NCBI GenBank assembly: GCA_001724265.1
Contig: MEDY01000345.1
Coordinates: 1-46,531, forward strand
From: Rhizaria sp. SCN 62-66
Taxonomy: Eukaryota
Reading direction: 5' to 3'
DNA: 46,531 nucleotides
Positions within the stretch are counted from its first letter, which is position 1; the number at the start of each line of letters is the position of its first letter. A program made the position numbers and the translations under genes. Positions 12,763 through 26,134 of the stretch are shown here, in pieces. A model generated the notes under the pieces. The model saw only the letters and a list, made by a program, of their open reading frames with translations. It was not told the DNA's origin and ran no database searches.

Positions 12763-13656
12763 GTCTCTGGCGGTACAGTAGAGCGCAAAGGCGTCGACTA
12801 TGATCGTTCTTTTATTTAAACGGTTGGCTAAAACAAGAAAGCTATCCGCAGCGAGTCCAAGAAAGTCCGTGACGATCAAACAAGCCTGCTTTAACCGCAC
12901 AAATATCCTCTCTGCAGTCCCGCACCCCCCCCCTGGCCACCACAAACGAAGCGCAAGCTCGCTCGTGGCCAATCGGCTACAGTGACGGTCGCGGTTGAAT
13001 ATGAGAGTCTAAAATTACAATTTGAATGACGGAATCGCTACGCTGATTTATATCCAGAAAGATGAGTCATTTAACTCAGGAGTCCCGAAGTCGTGATATA
13101 TCGCGAGTGAAGTGTTTTGCTAAGGCGACATCGAGTTGCTTGTGAAACAAATAGTACCCGTTTTTTATTGGCTCAGTAACAGTGGGTACCTGTAAAACAC
13201 GTACATATAATATAACAAACCACCCCCAACATCACACACACGCAGAGAGGCGGAGCGCGGGCTGCCCCGTCAGTCACTACTACCGTCGCTTAGCACAGCT
13301 TTGGGATGCAACTACATCCAGACTGTTGGAGTTGTGCAGCTAGCATGTGCGTTTGCCAACTGTGGATACGCCACAAAAAACTAAACACGTACAAGCAGCA
13401 ACAGCAGGCCGATGCAGCAGACGACGAGAGAAGGGCTCAAACAAGGCTCAAACAAAAAAATAGACGAGAAAAGACAACGCAAAGACGCAAGGTCAATAGA
13501 TAAAGATTAAAGACCCTTGCGCTGCCATCATGCCATCACACACACACACTACTGGTATATAGCAAGTGCGCGCAGAGAAGCTTGAGATCGAAAGCAGCGC
13601 GCAAGAGAGTTCGCAAGTAAGCAAGTTGCCGTCGAAAAGACGGTAGCTTGCTTGCT

Positions 13657-13965
13657 TTACTTGCCGGTGATGGCCGACATCGCGGCCTGCTGCGCGGCGG
13701 CCTGCTGCTGCTTCTGCTCCGACAGCTGCTGGATGATGCGACTGGCCTCGTGCTGCGACGCCATGTACTTGATGGTGCAGCGGTCGAGGCAGGTCGTCTC
13801 GGCGACGGTCAGGTCGGGGGTCAGGTGGGCCTTGCCGACGCACTTGGCGAAGCAGGCGTTGCTGATCGAGTGGAAGAACGTGGACATCGTCTCAATCTCG
13901 TGCTTCGCGGACACAACGAGCATGGCGCGGGACGCGTCGGCGGACTCGGGCGGGGGGATGTTCAT
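13657..13965 (-). CDS. TIM10: Small Tim mitochondrial intermembrane-space chaperone (Tim10-like)
   Basis: Twin CX3C motif (CFAKC...CLDRC), with EIETMSTFF and DLTVAETTCLDRCTIKY typical of Tim10; TAA stop. A TTTTCAG just upstream of the ATG suggests a 5'UTR intron. Confidence 0.8.
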   Translation of the reverse strand: MNIPPPESADASRAMLVVSAKHEIETMSTFFHSISNACFAKCVGKAHLTPDLTVAETTCLDRCTIKYMASQHEASRIIQQLSEQKQQQAAAQQAAMSAITGK

Positions 13966-14508
13966 CGCTGAAAACGGGACTGCGCCGGATCGGTCGGAGA
14001 GAGGTCAGGGTGGGGATCGAGCAGGGAGCACAGAAGGGTGAGGAAAGGGCAAGGGACAGTGCAAAAAGATAAATCAACTAAAAACAAACGTGCAAATACA
14101 GCACTGCAGTAACACATCCAGTTGACGGTTTTTCGACCGAGAACGCACGCAAGACCGATCTGCGCTCGGGTCACAGACAGAGAGCGAGAAAGAACAACAG
14201 CGAGAGTTTTTCGGTCCCTCAGTCGGTTGGGTTGTTGCTGTTAACCACAAACGGTTTTGGGCGAGACCACCAGTGTTTGCGCCGCTTTTCATCGAGTGCG
14301 CATGCCTCACATAGACCGTCATACCCGCTTAAATTTAACCTGCAAAGGGTTACACCCGCTTTGAAACATGTCTAAGTTTGTTTATTTCTGACTCGCTGTC
14401 ACACACCTCTCCTGGCCACGCTTACTCGCACCGCTTGCCGACCACAAACCGTAAACTTGAACAACTCTGCGTCACCTCTACCCGTACGCGCATGCAGGCG
14501 ACTGCGCA

Positions 14509-14774
14509 ATGAGCAGCGGCCGTTCCCGGTCTAAGCGCGGCGGACGCACCGCCCCCGGGCCCGCGTTTCTGTCGTTTTCTTCGTCCGCGCGCAACGACTA
14601 CGACGACTACGGCGACGAGGAGGCCGAGTACAACGCCTACGACCCCTACGACGACGAGTACGACAACAACACAAACAGCCGGTCGCAGCGTCACTACGGA
14701 AACAACAACAGCAGGGGCCAGTACCAGCACCAGCAGGCTGTGCACGAAGCCTCATCGCCGTCCCCGTGCACCCC

Positions 14775-14806
<32 letters not shown>

Positions 14807-17800
14807 GCACGTCTGCCTCTAAGTCTGCGGGTGCAATGACAGCGGCTGACGCGGTGGCGGCGGCCGCTCGCGGTGGAGCCTCACCGGCGGGTGCAACTGC
14901 CCCGCGCCGCCGCACCCCGGCGTCTTTCACGCCGCTGCCTCATGTGCCGCCCTCTCTGCGCTTCAGCAACGGCGGCAATAGCGAAGGTTACAGTGAGACG
15001 ACGCTGGCGCTGGCGGGCGCGCTCGTGGAGGCTTTCCCCACAGCGGATTACTTCCTTGCCTGCTCCATACTTGCGCAGCTTGATGACGATATGGACGCCG
15101 CCGCCGCTGCGTTGCTTGAGATGGGGCTCGACGGCAACAGCAACAACGACAATGCACTGTCGAAGAGCAACATCAACAGCAGCAGCAACAACGCTGATGC
15201 TGAGACGGAGCAGGGTCAGGCGACTCCGCGCTGCGCCGCTGCCGCCACATCGAGCTCCACCGACGCAGTCACGTGCTCATCCTCATCTTCATTGTCGTCA
15301 GCATCTTCCTCGCTCTCTGGCCGTCAGAGTCAGAGCACCGGCGGCGGCACTGTCGTCGTCTCCAGCGTGTCTACGCCGCCCCCCGCGCCCGCGGACCGAC
15401 TGGGCGCTCTCAGCGACGACGTGCTCGCGCTCATCTGCCGCTACATTGGCGCACGCGACGCCGTCCCCGCGTTCCAGCAGCTCTCCACCCGGTGCGCCGC
15501 GTTCATCGCCCACCGCGGACTCGCGCGGCACTTGCTCTCGCGCGCACAGCGGCCCGTGGCGCTGTCGACGCTCCCGGGCCACGCCGCGCTTGCTCAGCTG
15601 CGGAGCGCGCGGGAACGCATGACGCGGCTCGACCTCAGCGGCTGCGCGGGCCACTTCACGCTCGCGGGCGCGCTCGACGCGGTCAACTGCGCGCAGATCG
15701 AGCATCTGTCGCTGCGCAAGCACACGGGGCTGCGCACCGCGACGCTCGCCGCGGCGCTGGCGAGGCTGCCCGCGCTTACGTCGCTGGATCTCTCTCACTC
15801 GGACGTTACCGGGGACATCCTGGAGGCGATCGTCGACGCGCCGCGCCTGCGCACGCTCTGTCTCGCACACACGAACGTGGACACGGTGGGCGTCGCGCTC
15901 GCGCTGCGCAGCTGCCAGGCGCTGGCGCACCTCGACCTGCGCGCAACGCAGGTCACCAAGGAGGTGCTCCCGCCCATCGAGGCGCACCCGGCGCTCGAGA
16001 CGCTGGACCTGTCCGGCTGCAACAAGCTCGAAGCGCTGGTGCTGTACACGCCGCCGCGCTCGCGCCTGCGCTCCGTCACCTGGACCGACTCGCGCCAGCT
16101 TAAGGGCGTGCTGCTCTTCTCCACCTCGCTCACTGCGCTCAAGTTCGACCGCTGCCACAACCTGTACCAGCTGCGCGTTGCGCTGCCCGCGCTCGAAACA
16201 CTCTCGCTGCGCGGGTGTTACGGCATGCGGCTGCTTGAGACCGTGCCGCACTCGTTCGCCGCCACGTCGCAGCTGCGGGCACGCGCGCTGGTCGAGAGCC
16301 GGATCTTTGCACCGCACTTCTGGCCCGCGCCGGCGCCGACTCTGCCGCCGCGCGCAGCCTGGCCGCTCGCCTCCGCATCCGCCGCAGCCGCTTCTGTCGC
16401 AGCAACGACAGCGACGACGGCTACGACGGCGACGACGGCGGCGGTGAGTGGCGGTGGCGGCGGCACAGTGCCGTCCGCGGCCGCACTGCTGTCGACGCCC
16501 GCGTTCCCGTGCCTTCGCGCGCTGGACCTGGGCTCGTGCTCCTTCCTGGTGCCTGCCGCGCTGGTGGCCACGCTGTCGCACCACTGCCCCGCGCTGGCGC
16601 GACTCGCGCTTGACGGACTGCGGCGCTTCCCGGCGTCCTTCTACGACGCGCTGGCCGCCTCGGCCGTGCCGGACTCATTGCACACGCTCGTGCTAGGCGG
16701 GGCGAACCTCGCGTCTTCCGGGGCAAAGACGCGGATGCTTGCGCGCATGTGCGCAGCGGCGGCTGCAGCCGCGGAGGCCGCAGGGACAGCGGGCAGGGCA
16801 GTGGCGGGCGCGGCGGGCGCGTGTGCGGGCGCTGACGGCGCAGCTGGTGGGGTTGCTGCCGACGAGCATAGGCAGGGGTCGCCGCAGATCATTCTCACGA
16901 ACCAAGCCAACAATAGCGGGAATAATAGCGCTGCGAGCAGCGCGGTAAACACGCCCAACGCGAAGTCTCCACCGCAACAGCAGCAGCAACAGCAGCAGGC
17001 GCTTCTGCGCAGCAACAGTGGCGACGCGAGCGCTGTCTCGACCCCCATTGCCGGCGGCCGCAAGCCGGGTGATGCCAGTGCGCTGACGAGTCCTGCAGAG
17101 GACGGCGGGGTTGACTGTAGCGCCAGCACGGTCCCGGGCGCGTGGTGCCATAGTACGACGGCGGGGGACGCTGCCGTGGTGGACATCGACGCGCTGTACG
17201 CACACTTGCCCCACGACGACCCGGACAGGCTGATTGCGGCGTTCTCGCGCCCGCGTCCGCTCTACAGCAACAGCAACAGCAACAACAACAGCGCTGTTAG
17301 TAACAACAATGAACCAAGGTCGGCCACTGTGCCGTCACTTCTGCTGCTGACCAGCGACGGCGACGCCAATGCTGCAGACAATGCTGACGACAACGACAAC
17401 GACGCAAAGGAAGACGGCATCGGCACTGGCACTGGCATTGGCACTGGTTTTAGCCCAGGCCCTGTCTTTAGCCATGTCTTTAGCCCTGGCGCAGACTCTG
17501 GTGCTGGCGCTGGCGCTGGCGCAGACTCTGGCACCGCCGGTCCTGGACTGGGCCGCACTGCCGCACTGCTGCGCGGGCTGGAGCGCGGCGCTCTGGCGGG
17601 CGAAGCTGCGCGCGCACTGCACTACGGCGCCTTTGCGCTGCTGTCGCGAGATGCACAGTGGGTGCAAACTGGCAGTCTGACGGCTCTGAGCGCCGTGCCG
17701 TCGCCATTTGTGGCCGCGGACACGCGGTACAACCGGCGCCGCGACGCAGAGGCCGCCGTGCGCGAAGGGCTTGCGGCGGGCATTGCGGCGGGAGGGACGG

Positions 17801-17943
17801 CTCCTGTCGCTGCGGTCGCTGCCGCGGTCCTCGCGTCCAAGGGCAAGGGCAAGGGGCCCTGTGCGAGTGCGAGCGCGAGTGTGAGTGCAAGTGTGATGGG
17901 CACGGGCCGGCTTGACTTTGATGCTGCGGAGAACGACTTTTAA
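14509..17943 (+). CDS. F-box/leucine-rich-repeat protein with an N-terminal CUE-like domain
   Basis: 1144-aa ORF. CUE-like LVEAFPTAD...DMDAAAAALLEM (~15020-15125); F-box-like LGALSDDVLALICRYI (~15400-15520); repeated LxxLDLSxC/S LRR units; polyQ and polyN tracts; TAA stop. Confidence 0.8.
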
Positions 17944-19018
17944 CTGACATATCTGTTGGTTTTTGTCTGTTTTCATCCATGGTCACTGTCTCAGACAACC
18001 CTGTTGCCACTTTCTTCACGAAGAAAGTGATACTCTCAGTGATCGCTTTCCCGCTGCCTCAGCACGTTGCGCTGCCACCGGGCGTTTATTCTCGCTTTTT
18101 ACCACTGAAACATAATTTTATTGGCGCAGCAACTTGCATAGCATCCGCTGTGCGTCCTGTTTGCCGATGCACGTGTGGTGTTTTGTGGAGAGTGCCTTGT
18201 TGTCGCTAACATAACACACACGTTCTTGTGACTGTGCGTTCGTGATGAACCATGCGACCGTTTTTCAACGGACTTCGATTACCTTCTTCTCAATACAACA
18301 ATCTTGTTTATTCTATCTTTCTTTGTACCATTCTTGTTTCTTAGCGATTCTCTCCTAACTGCAACGTGCAGTAGTGCAGGATTACATAGCGATCACGATA
18401 TCTATTCGACTTGTTTAAAAGATGTATACTGCTATTGATGAAAGTGAGGTGTATATATACCAACGGATGCTTAGAGATTTATTGGATGGTAATCTTACTT
18501 TAGTCGGGTGTGAAGGTGACAGCGTGTTTGTGTAACTTTTATATATTATTTATACGTGTTACAAGTGATACACATGTCATCCGTTACTCACCGTATCAAG
18601 TGGAGTTCGAAGTCACGTAGAATAATAACAATATCAAAATATATATACTGTATGTGAGTACATTATATTTTGTGAGTGACTTGCACAGGCATTCGTATAT
18701 GCGTTACTTCACCTTCATTTCTACCTACAATACAGACTTGGTCGCAGCAGCTCTTACGCCATCCCTGCGGCAGAAGAATGGCATAAAGAGATTGACCATT
18801 TATATTAATATTTCAACATAGAAAACAGTTTAAGTCATCCAATTGATACGTTCATCTTGAGGCTGAAAACATATATCGCGATAAATGCAAGAAGATTCGT
18901 GTTTTGCACAGTGGCAAGGGTGAGCTCAGGCGACACGTGGTGAACGGATCTTTCGTTGCATTAATACGCGCATTCCGTCGTTGTATATCGCTTTTGTGCT
19001 GCTTGTAGGTATTCAACA

Positions 19019-20646
19019 ATGTCCGATTTTACTTTAGCAAATTCACACTCTGAAGCAGGTACGATAAACCTCGAGTATCCACCTTCTCATTCCCTCGTCA
19101 TGACCCTGTGGATCCACGCTATGTTTCTATGCTTTCCAAGCCACGTTCTTCTGCAATGCCTCCCGCTCATCGCACATTTTCACCACATATCATTTAACAC
19201 ACGTTAAAATCGCCATACGCAGTGGACACAAGCCCGACACGCAAGGCTGCGGCGAAGCACCGCGTGGCGCCGGTGATTTCCTTCAGCCGCGGCGAGAAGG
19301 ACTTGTCGTACATGCCACCGTCCTCAGAGCTAGCCAACCTTGCTGCCGTGGGGCCCGGCCAGTACGACACACAAGCTGACTGGGCTATCTCCTCATCAGG
19401 CTTTACGATGTCTGCGCGCCTGCCAGTCTCGGATGCCACCCTTGCTCCGGGCCCGGGCACCTTCGATGTCGCCGCCGCCGCTTCCGCCGCCTCGCCCGCG
19501 CCGCGCACCGCCACCCTCCGCGGCAAGCCCACGATTTCCCACGAGACCGTCGCCCCCGGCCCCGGCACTTTCGACGTTGCTGGCGCGTCCGCCGCCGCGG
19601 GCGCCTCGGCGCGCGCCGCGACTCTCCGCGGCAAGCCCGTCGTCTCCCACGAGACCGTTGCGCCTGGCCCCGGCGCGTTCGACCTGGCCGCCGCCGCCGC
19701 GGCTGCCGCGCCTACCCCGCGCACGGCCGCGCTGCGCGGCAAGCCCGCCGTGTCGCACGCCACGCTGGCGCCCGGTCCCGGTGCTTACGACCACGGGCAC
19801 GCGACCGCGCGCGGCGCGTCCCCGACTCGCGCCGCTCTGCTGCGGGGCAAGCCCGCCGTGTCGCACGAAACAGCCGCGCCGGGCGCGGGGGCGTACACGC
19901 CTAGTCTTGCCGCCGTTGTCCCGCGCGCGCCCGCGGCCGCCGTGCGCCCGCGCCCGCGCTCGCCCTCGGCCTCGGCGACGGCCGCGGCCGCGGGACTTGG
20001 CCCCGGCAGCTACGACGTCGCCGCCGCCGACCCCGGGCGGTTCGGCGCCGGCGCGGGCCCGCTGCTGCGCGGCAAGCCCCGCGACACGCTCCCGCCCGCC
20101 GCCGCGGCCGGGACGGCGGCGCTGGGCGGCGCGGCGGCCATGGGCGCGGCCGCGGGCGCGAGTACGACTGCGGCTGCAGGTTCGGTGGGGCCCGGGAGCT
20201 ACGGCACGTTGCTGAGCCCGGGCGACTTCGGCTACGCGCTGCAACAGCAGCAGATGCGACAGCAGCAGCTCAAGGAGTCCAAGATGCGCACACAGCAGCT
20301 GCAGCAGCAACAGCAGCAGCAGCGCCGCGGCCGGACGTCTGTCAGCCCCCAGCGCTCGCAGACACTACCGCAGTCGCCGCAACCGCAGTCGCATTCGCTG
20401 TCTGCGATGTCGGCGACGGCCACGGCTGCGGTGCCGGTTGCTGCGGCGGCCGCGCCGTCGGGGAGTGGACGCTGCAACAGCCCCGGGAGCAGCGGCAGTC
20501 GCAGCCGCGCGGCCGGCAACGCCAGCACCAGCAGCAGTCTCAAGGACGCCGATGCAGAGGCTGAGGCTGCGGCGAAGACGAAGGCGACTGCGTTGGACAG
20601 CGAGGAGCGCAGGCTGACGGCGGAGATCGCTGCGATGGCAGTATGA
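19019..20646 (+). CDS. SHIPPO-1/ODF3-like PG-rich repeat protein (cilium/flagellum associated); exons 19019-19058 and 19223-20646
   Basis: Repeated PGPG(T/A/S)(F/Y)D motifs. A GTACGA..CAG phase-1 intron joins MSDFTLANSHSEA to VDTSPTRK in frame; TGA stop. Confidence 0.8.
19441..19900 (+). repeat. Intragenic tandem repeat of ~36-40 codons (APGPGxFD...LRGKPxxSHET)
   Basis: About four to five imperfect copies, visible in DNA (cgcggcaagccc...cacgagacc) and protein. Confidence 0.8.
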
Positions 20647-21473
20647 TGAGGCGAGCGTGTGCTGTAGTGTGACTGATCATGTGCAGGCGGTCGAGTGACT
20701 CGAAAAGGTCGCTCCGGGCGTAACCGTGACTCGATCAATTCGTGACTCTAATTTGTGAGCGCTGATGAGGGTCCGATCAAGGCTGAATCTTTCGATAACA
20801 GGATATTTTATTTGTCGCTGTTCTGTGTTTCTCCTATCAGGGCCTCGTTTTATATCGACTTAATACACAGTAGTCATGTGTTGTCAATTCTCATCTTTGT
20901 CATTCTGTTGGCCCTTTTATGCTTTAACATCCTCCTCGGTGTTCTCATCAAAGCGAGTTTAGTGTCTTGATCATGGTGAGCGCAAATGTGAAACTCGCGT
21001 CCTTTTGGTGATTTAAAAATGTTTGTATTCAATGAGAATTTAATGTTTACATGCTGGTTTATTGAGAATATTGTTGTTGATGCTGTTAGTGTGTGTGCTG
21101 ATCAATACAACACTAAACACCAAATGAATGAAAGAAAATACAACTGAATGAAGGAAATGAACTGAAATAAAAACGGAAAACAACTATTTTGAAGAGGCAA
21201 CAAACCACAAAGCCGAGGCCAAACAAAGCACAGCTGTCCTACACAATAAATCAACAAAGTAACAACAACATGGTGGCTTGTTCAAGTTCAAAATGAAAAG
21301 CCGTTCAGTCTTAATACTACTTATGCGACGCATACAGCCATAATGGCGACCTACGCTTGTGGTGTGTGATTGCTAACTTCGCTTTCGCCCACTTTGCTTG
21401 CTGTTGCTTGGTGACTTAACTGATCGTTTCTGGCTTCTGACCGGTGTCGTCTGATGTGTCGCTGATACACGGC

Positions 21474-22453
21474 TTATGAGCAGCAGCCAGTCTTCTCAGT
21501 CGCGCCGCCGTCGTCCGAGATGTCGATGTGCGCGCGCGTCTGGCGCCCGCCGGCCCCAGCGCCCTGCTGGGGCGTGGCGAGCGACGGGCCCGCGCCCGAC
21601 GACAGCGTCGGCTCCTCAACCGCGGAGCCCGACTGAAGCATCCCCTTAGTGAGCTCCAGGAAGGCAGAGTCGACGCCCGTGCCGGACTTGGCGGAGCAGA
21701 GCACGTGGATGGCGCCGACGGACTGCGCGTATTCCTGCGCCTCCTCCAGGTTCACCTAGACACAGTTAAATGAAGCGCAAACAGAAGAAGAGTAAGAGTG
21801 AGTTCGGACAGGGTGATTTCATGCATTAATAAGACTATAGTCAAGATATAGACATTGCTTCGTATTATTTTTGCTTTCGTTAAAATTTATCCGTACCTGG
21901 CGGTTCTTCTCGAGGTCACTCTTGTTGCCGGCGATGACGAGAACAATGTTCTTACCGACGATCTTGCGGAGTTCCTTGACCCAGTTGCGGACCTTGGCGA
22001 ACGAGTCGCGGTCCGTGATGTCGTACACAAGCAGCGCACCGTTGGCGTCGCGGTAGTAGAGCGACGACAGCGCATGGAAGCGCTCCTGACCCGCGGTGTC
22101 CCAGATCATCAGGCGCACGGACTTCTTGCCGACGTTAAGACGCTTGTCCAGAAACGTCGCCTGCGCGGTGTCATAAAGAGCGAATTATGAGCAGCAAAAC
22201 AAAGACAGAAAAGGATTTAGGTAGGATATTAATGAGATAAGAAAGAGATGCGTGTTATTGTTTGACATTGATGCAATTTGTGGTTATTGTGCGGCGCAAG
22301 GGCGCGATATTTGTCAGTGAAGTGAAAGGGGCGGACCTGGATGGTGGACTCCTGGTCGGAGGAGAAGGATTGCTTGACGTAACGCAGGCAGAGGCACGTC
22401 TTGCCGACGCGGCCCTCACCGAGGAGGACAACTTTGAAGGCGGAAGACGACAT
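21474..22453 (-). CDS. RAB21: Rab GTPase, Rab21 subfamily; exons 22453-22337, 22160-21897, 21755-21474
   Basis: FKVVLLGEGRVGKT, effector region STIQATF, IWDTAGQERFHAL, YYRDANGA, GNKSD, SAK, and a C-terminal CCS prenylation motif followed by TAA. Both introns are phase 0, GT..AG. Confidence 0.9.
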
Positions 22454-23604
22454 GTGTGGGGCGCAGCAGCGGGGTCAGCAGAAGCGACAGCAACGATATG
22501 TTAAGATAGAGAGTGTGTTGAGGTGTGCTGGCGGGCAGGGAACACGGAGACGCAGCGGGCAACGAAGGGCGCGTGCGAGAGTGTTTCAGGCGCAAGCGGC
22601 AAACGTAGAGGGCAGCAGGCAACAGGACAGCGACTGCAGACAGGACGACGCGAGGGCAGGGGTGCTCTCGAGCAGGGAGGGCTACGTAGTGATCAAGAAG
22701 AGAGAGGGCGAGTGGATATTTCAAGAGTGATAAGCGGATGTTGGAAGCAAGCTAAGCCTTCACCAATTAAAATCCCAAGTTAACTCGCAACAGGCAAGCC
22801 TGACACAAAATTAATCCCGCAATGAACGGAAGATACGCCGAGAATCAGTGCGACACCACGAACTCGTCAGCCAGCCTTTGACGACCAACGAAGCCAGCCG
22901 GCCACGAACCGACCGAAAAAGCAACCGATTTTTGCGAACCAGCCAGACTGCGGCGGCGTGGCAGCTGTGGCTTGTTCGTCTTGCTGATTGGTCTCCGAGG
23001 GGAGGTCTTGAAGGCGGGCGTTAGGGGCGGCTTAATCGCCCAACTGCGCGGATACATCATGAGAAAGGGTTGTCTGTGGTGGGGATTCTATTTTCACTCT
23101 TATCTCTGCGCAGCGCAAACATGCCGTGTGTTATTATGCCATTCACAGCTTGGCTGGACGCAGCTCCGACAGGTTGCCCTCAAGTCGGTCTCTTTCCTCT
23201 CCGTGGACCTTGACAGAACTGCCGTTCGGCCGCCATTCCAGTTTCTTATACTTACACGCATTTTTGTGCTACCATTTCTAATTCTCCGATCTCTCCACAG
23301 CTCGCGCTTGCGGCGGCAGCTCTTCAGTTGCATCCGCTCAGCTTTCCGTTCCTTCCCAGGCAAGTCGGCTTCTCGACCTTCGAGAGGCTCTCGCTGTCCG
23401 CGCCTTCTGCCTTTGCTGCAGAATCGCCTTTTCCAGCTTTCCACACCTCTTTCACTGTTCACAGTTTGCAGGTCACCCCTTTTCTGTGCACTCTCGCCCG
23501 TGATTAACTTGATCTTTTGATCAGTACTGCTTCAGTGTTGTTGCCTCGCATCTTCATACTTCCTCTGCCCGACGAGCGAGTTCAAGACAATACCTTCCCC
23601 CGCA

Positions 23605-24921
23605 ATGGCTGCCCCTCAGACCCCCAAGTCACCTGCCTCTACGACGTCCTCGCCGGCGTCGTCGTCGTCGGCTGCCGCTGCCGCCGCAGTTGCGCGACCG
23701 ACCGTGAACCCCAAGGATTCTACATTCGAGCGCATTAAGTACAACACCATCTGGACGCTGACGATCCTGGTGATTTTCCTTACGGCCATGGTGCTCAACG
23801 TGCTCCAGGCCGTGGCATTGCCCGTGTACTACTTCCGCAAGACGTACTACCGCACGTGGATCCAGACGATCGACTTTTCGTACTCGTGCCTGCTCGTGTT
23901 CCTCATGGAGTGGAAGTCGGGCATGACCCACGTGTACTACGGCGACGCCGGACGCTTCCTCGACCGCCGCGGGCCCGGCGGCTCGCTCCCCTCGGCCATC
24001 TATATGTCCAACCACACTTCCTACGCCGACTGGGTGGTATTCTACGGCGTGCTGTGCCGCCAGGGCGGCGCGGGCGCGATCCGGTTCTTCCTCAAGGACC
24101 TGGCCAAGGTGCTTCCGGGCATCGGCTGGGGGTGCTACCTGTCCGAATTTTTCCTCGTGCGCAAGAGCTCTACGCGCGGCGACTGGAACCGCGACGGCGA
24201 CGTCATCGTCAACCGCCTCAAGTCCTTCGCGGAGACGGGCGATCTGATCTACCCGGCCATCTTCCCCGAGGGCACATTCCACGACGGCGCGGACCCGACC
24301 CTGGTGGAGCGGACGCAGAAGTTCGCCAAGGAGAACGGGCTGTCTGTGCTCGAGTACTTGCTCACCCCGCGCGTCCGCGGCTTCTACGCGTGCACGTCGA
24401 ACCTGCGCGGCCACGCCGAGTACATCGTCGACCAGACGATCGCTTTCACGGGCAACAAGGACCGCTCGCAGGTGCCTTACTACACCGCCAAGCCTCTCTC
24501 AGACGCCACGCGCGTGATGCCCGACGCCGCCGACCTGCTGGCGTACCGCGGGCCGGAGCACGTGCACATCCACATCCGTCTGATTCCGCTCGCGGACGTG
24601 CCGACTGATGAGGCCGGCGCCAAGCAGTTCCTGATGAAGGTGTGGGACGAGAAAGAGACGCTGCTGCGGGACTTCCGCGCCAACGGCGACTGCTTCCCCG
24701 GCCAGGCGCACACCCGGCCCAACGCGCTGTGGGGCTCGGCGGCCTCCACGGGCGGCGTCGGGTACCTAGTATGGCACTTCTTGCTCTGGGTGGTGATGAT
24801 GTTCTCGCTTGGATACGCACTCTCGCTCATGTCCATGTGGTTGCTTGGAAACGTCGTGCTCGTCATCGGCGCGTGCGCGCTTGTGGGCATCCTCGTCCAG
24901 CACTTCTGGAAGGACAAGTAA
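23605..24921 (+). CDS. PlsC-family lysophospholipid acyltransferase (AGPAT/LCLAT1-like)
   Basis: 438-aa ORF with catalytic NHxxxxD (NHTSYAD), FFLK...PGIGWG, IFPEGT and LLTPR motifs, plus N- and C-terminal TM segments; TAA stop. Confidence 0.92.
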   Translation: MAAPQTPKSPASTTSSPASSSSAAAAAAVARPTVNPKDSTFERIKYNTIWTLTILVIFLTAMVLNVLQAVALPVYYFRKTYYRTWIQTIDFSYSCLLVFLMEWKSGMTHVYYGDAGRFLDRRGPGGSLPSAIYMSNHTSYADWVVFYGVLCRQGGAGAIRFFLKDLAKVLPGIGWGCYLSEFFLVRKSSTRGDWNRDGDVIVNRLKSFAETGDLIYPAIFPEGTFHDGADPTLVERTQKFAKENGLSVLEYLLTPRVRGFYACTSNLRGHAEYIVDQTIAFTGNKDRSQVPYYTAKPLSDATRVMPDAADLLAYRGPEHVHIHIRLIPLADVPTDEAGAKQFLMKVWDEKETLLRDFRANGDCFPGQAHTRPNALWGSAASTGGVGYLVWHFLLWVVMMFSLGYALSLMSMWLLGNVVLVIGACALVGILVQHFWKDK

Positions 24922-25692
24922 AGGAGGCGACACTAAGCGAAGCGGGCAACTCAGCACTCAAGCAAGCAAGGTAAAAGCAAAAGCAAGTAATGTAAAGACG
25001 CGGTTCTCGTGTGTTGTTTTTCTTTTGTCTTGCATTGTCTTGATGTTTGTTGTGCTTGGCGCGGACCCATTGTGTGTTTTGTGGACATGCAAGAGACGGG
25101 TGCAGTCTATAGTGATAAAGCAGATTGCAAATGCAGTGCAAATGCAAGCTATAGTGCAGTGGCAGTGAAGAGTTAGCTTTCGTCGCCGGTGCAAGTGAAG
25201 TCTGCAGCGCGTGTGCAAGACACAATAGCATTGAGCAACAGTATTTTATTATTTTATTTCATTTTTCCTTTGTTTTCTTTTTGGACTAGCTTCGGTAACA
25301 CCTTTTCATTCTTCTTTTCCTTCTTTCGTTTTTCAAGATTGAGGATATGTTGTATCATATCAATATAGTTTCACAAATAAATCAAAACAAATACATTTTT
25401 CATGTAACAACAAAGATCATACTTCCTTTCCATTTGTACACTGTTTACAAAAGACGAACGTAACACAACTTGTGGCAGCAACGTCTAGTCTCTCGGCTTC
25501 CACTCGCTCAGAATGGTCAGCGATTTGGATCAAGCTGATCTGTCACAAAGATCTGGTAGAACAGACTACAGAGCAAATATATATGAGATCTTGTAGCATG
25601 GTGTTATGCTGTTTAATTATGTATTACTACATGTAGAATATCGCTCACAATCCTATCGAACCTGCTTGCTCTTTCGCCCTCCGCAGTCCGGG

Positions 25693-26134
25693 ATGTCGTC
25701 CGAGAAGTTTAATCGCCAGTCCCAGATGGAGCACATGCAAATGAAGTATGTCGGCACCGGCCACGCTGACATCACCAAGTTGTACGTCATCTATCCATTC
25801 AAACTGTCCCTATGTTTTCTTTATGTCCCACTATCCCGCTTGTTCTGCCCTTACTCTCCCCGAACTGCTCTCGCGCTCACTTCATCTCTCTTTCTCTCCT
25901 GCTGACATCCCCCGTTGCGTTCCCTGCGTGGCGCCCCGCAGTGAGTGGGTGCAGAATCAACACCGCGATTCTCAGGCCTCGTACATCGGCCACACGCCGA
26001 TGCTACACCTGTTCTCGGCCGCCCAGAACAAGAGCCTGGGCCGCGTGCGTTACGAAGCTATCACGCGCATGGTGCGTCCTATTGGCCGCAACCCGCTCAC
26101 TGCTGCCGCCGCGGCCGCTAAGGACGACGAGTGA
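25693..26134 (+). CDS. SF3B5: Splicing factor 3B subunit 5 (SF3b10); exons 25693-25781 and 25942-26134
   Basis: Spliced product MSSEKFNRQSQMEHMQMKYVGTGHADITKFEWVQNQHRDSQASYIGH... is the characteristic SF3B5 signature. GTACGT..CAG phase-2 intron; TGA stop. Confidence 0.93.

Noticed and set aside
19441-19900. Regularly spaced repeats as a CRISPR-like array
   Set aside because: The repeats are degenerate, in frame and encode SHIPPO-type protein repeats in a eukaryotic gene.
21756-21758. TAG immediately before Rab21 exon 3 (also at 11221 and 43111) as further recoded codons
   Set aside because: These are intron 3' acceptor sites (TAG|exon), so they were not counted.
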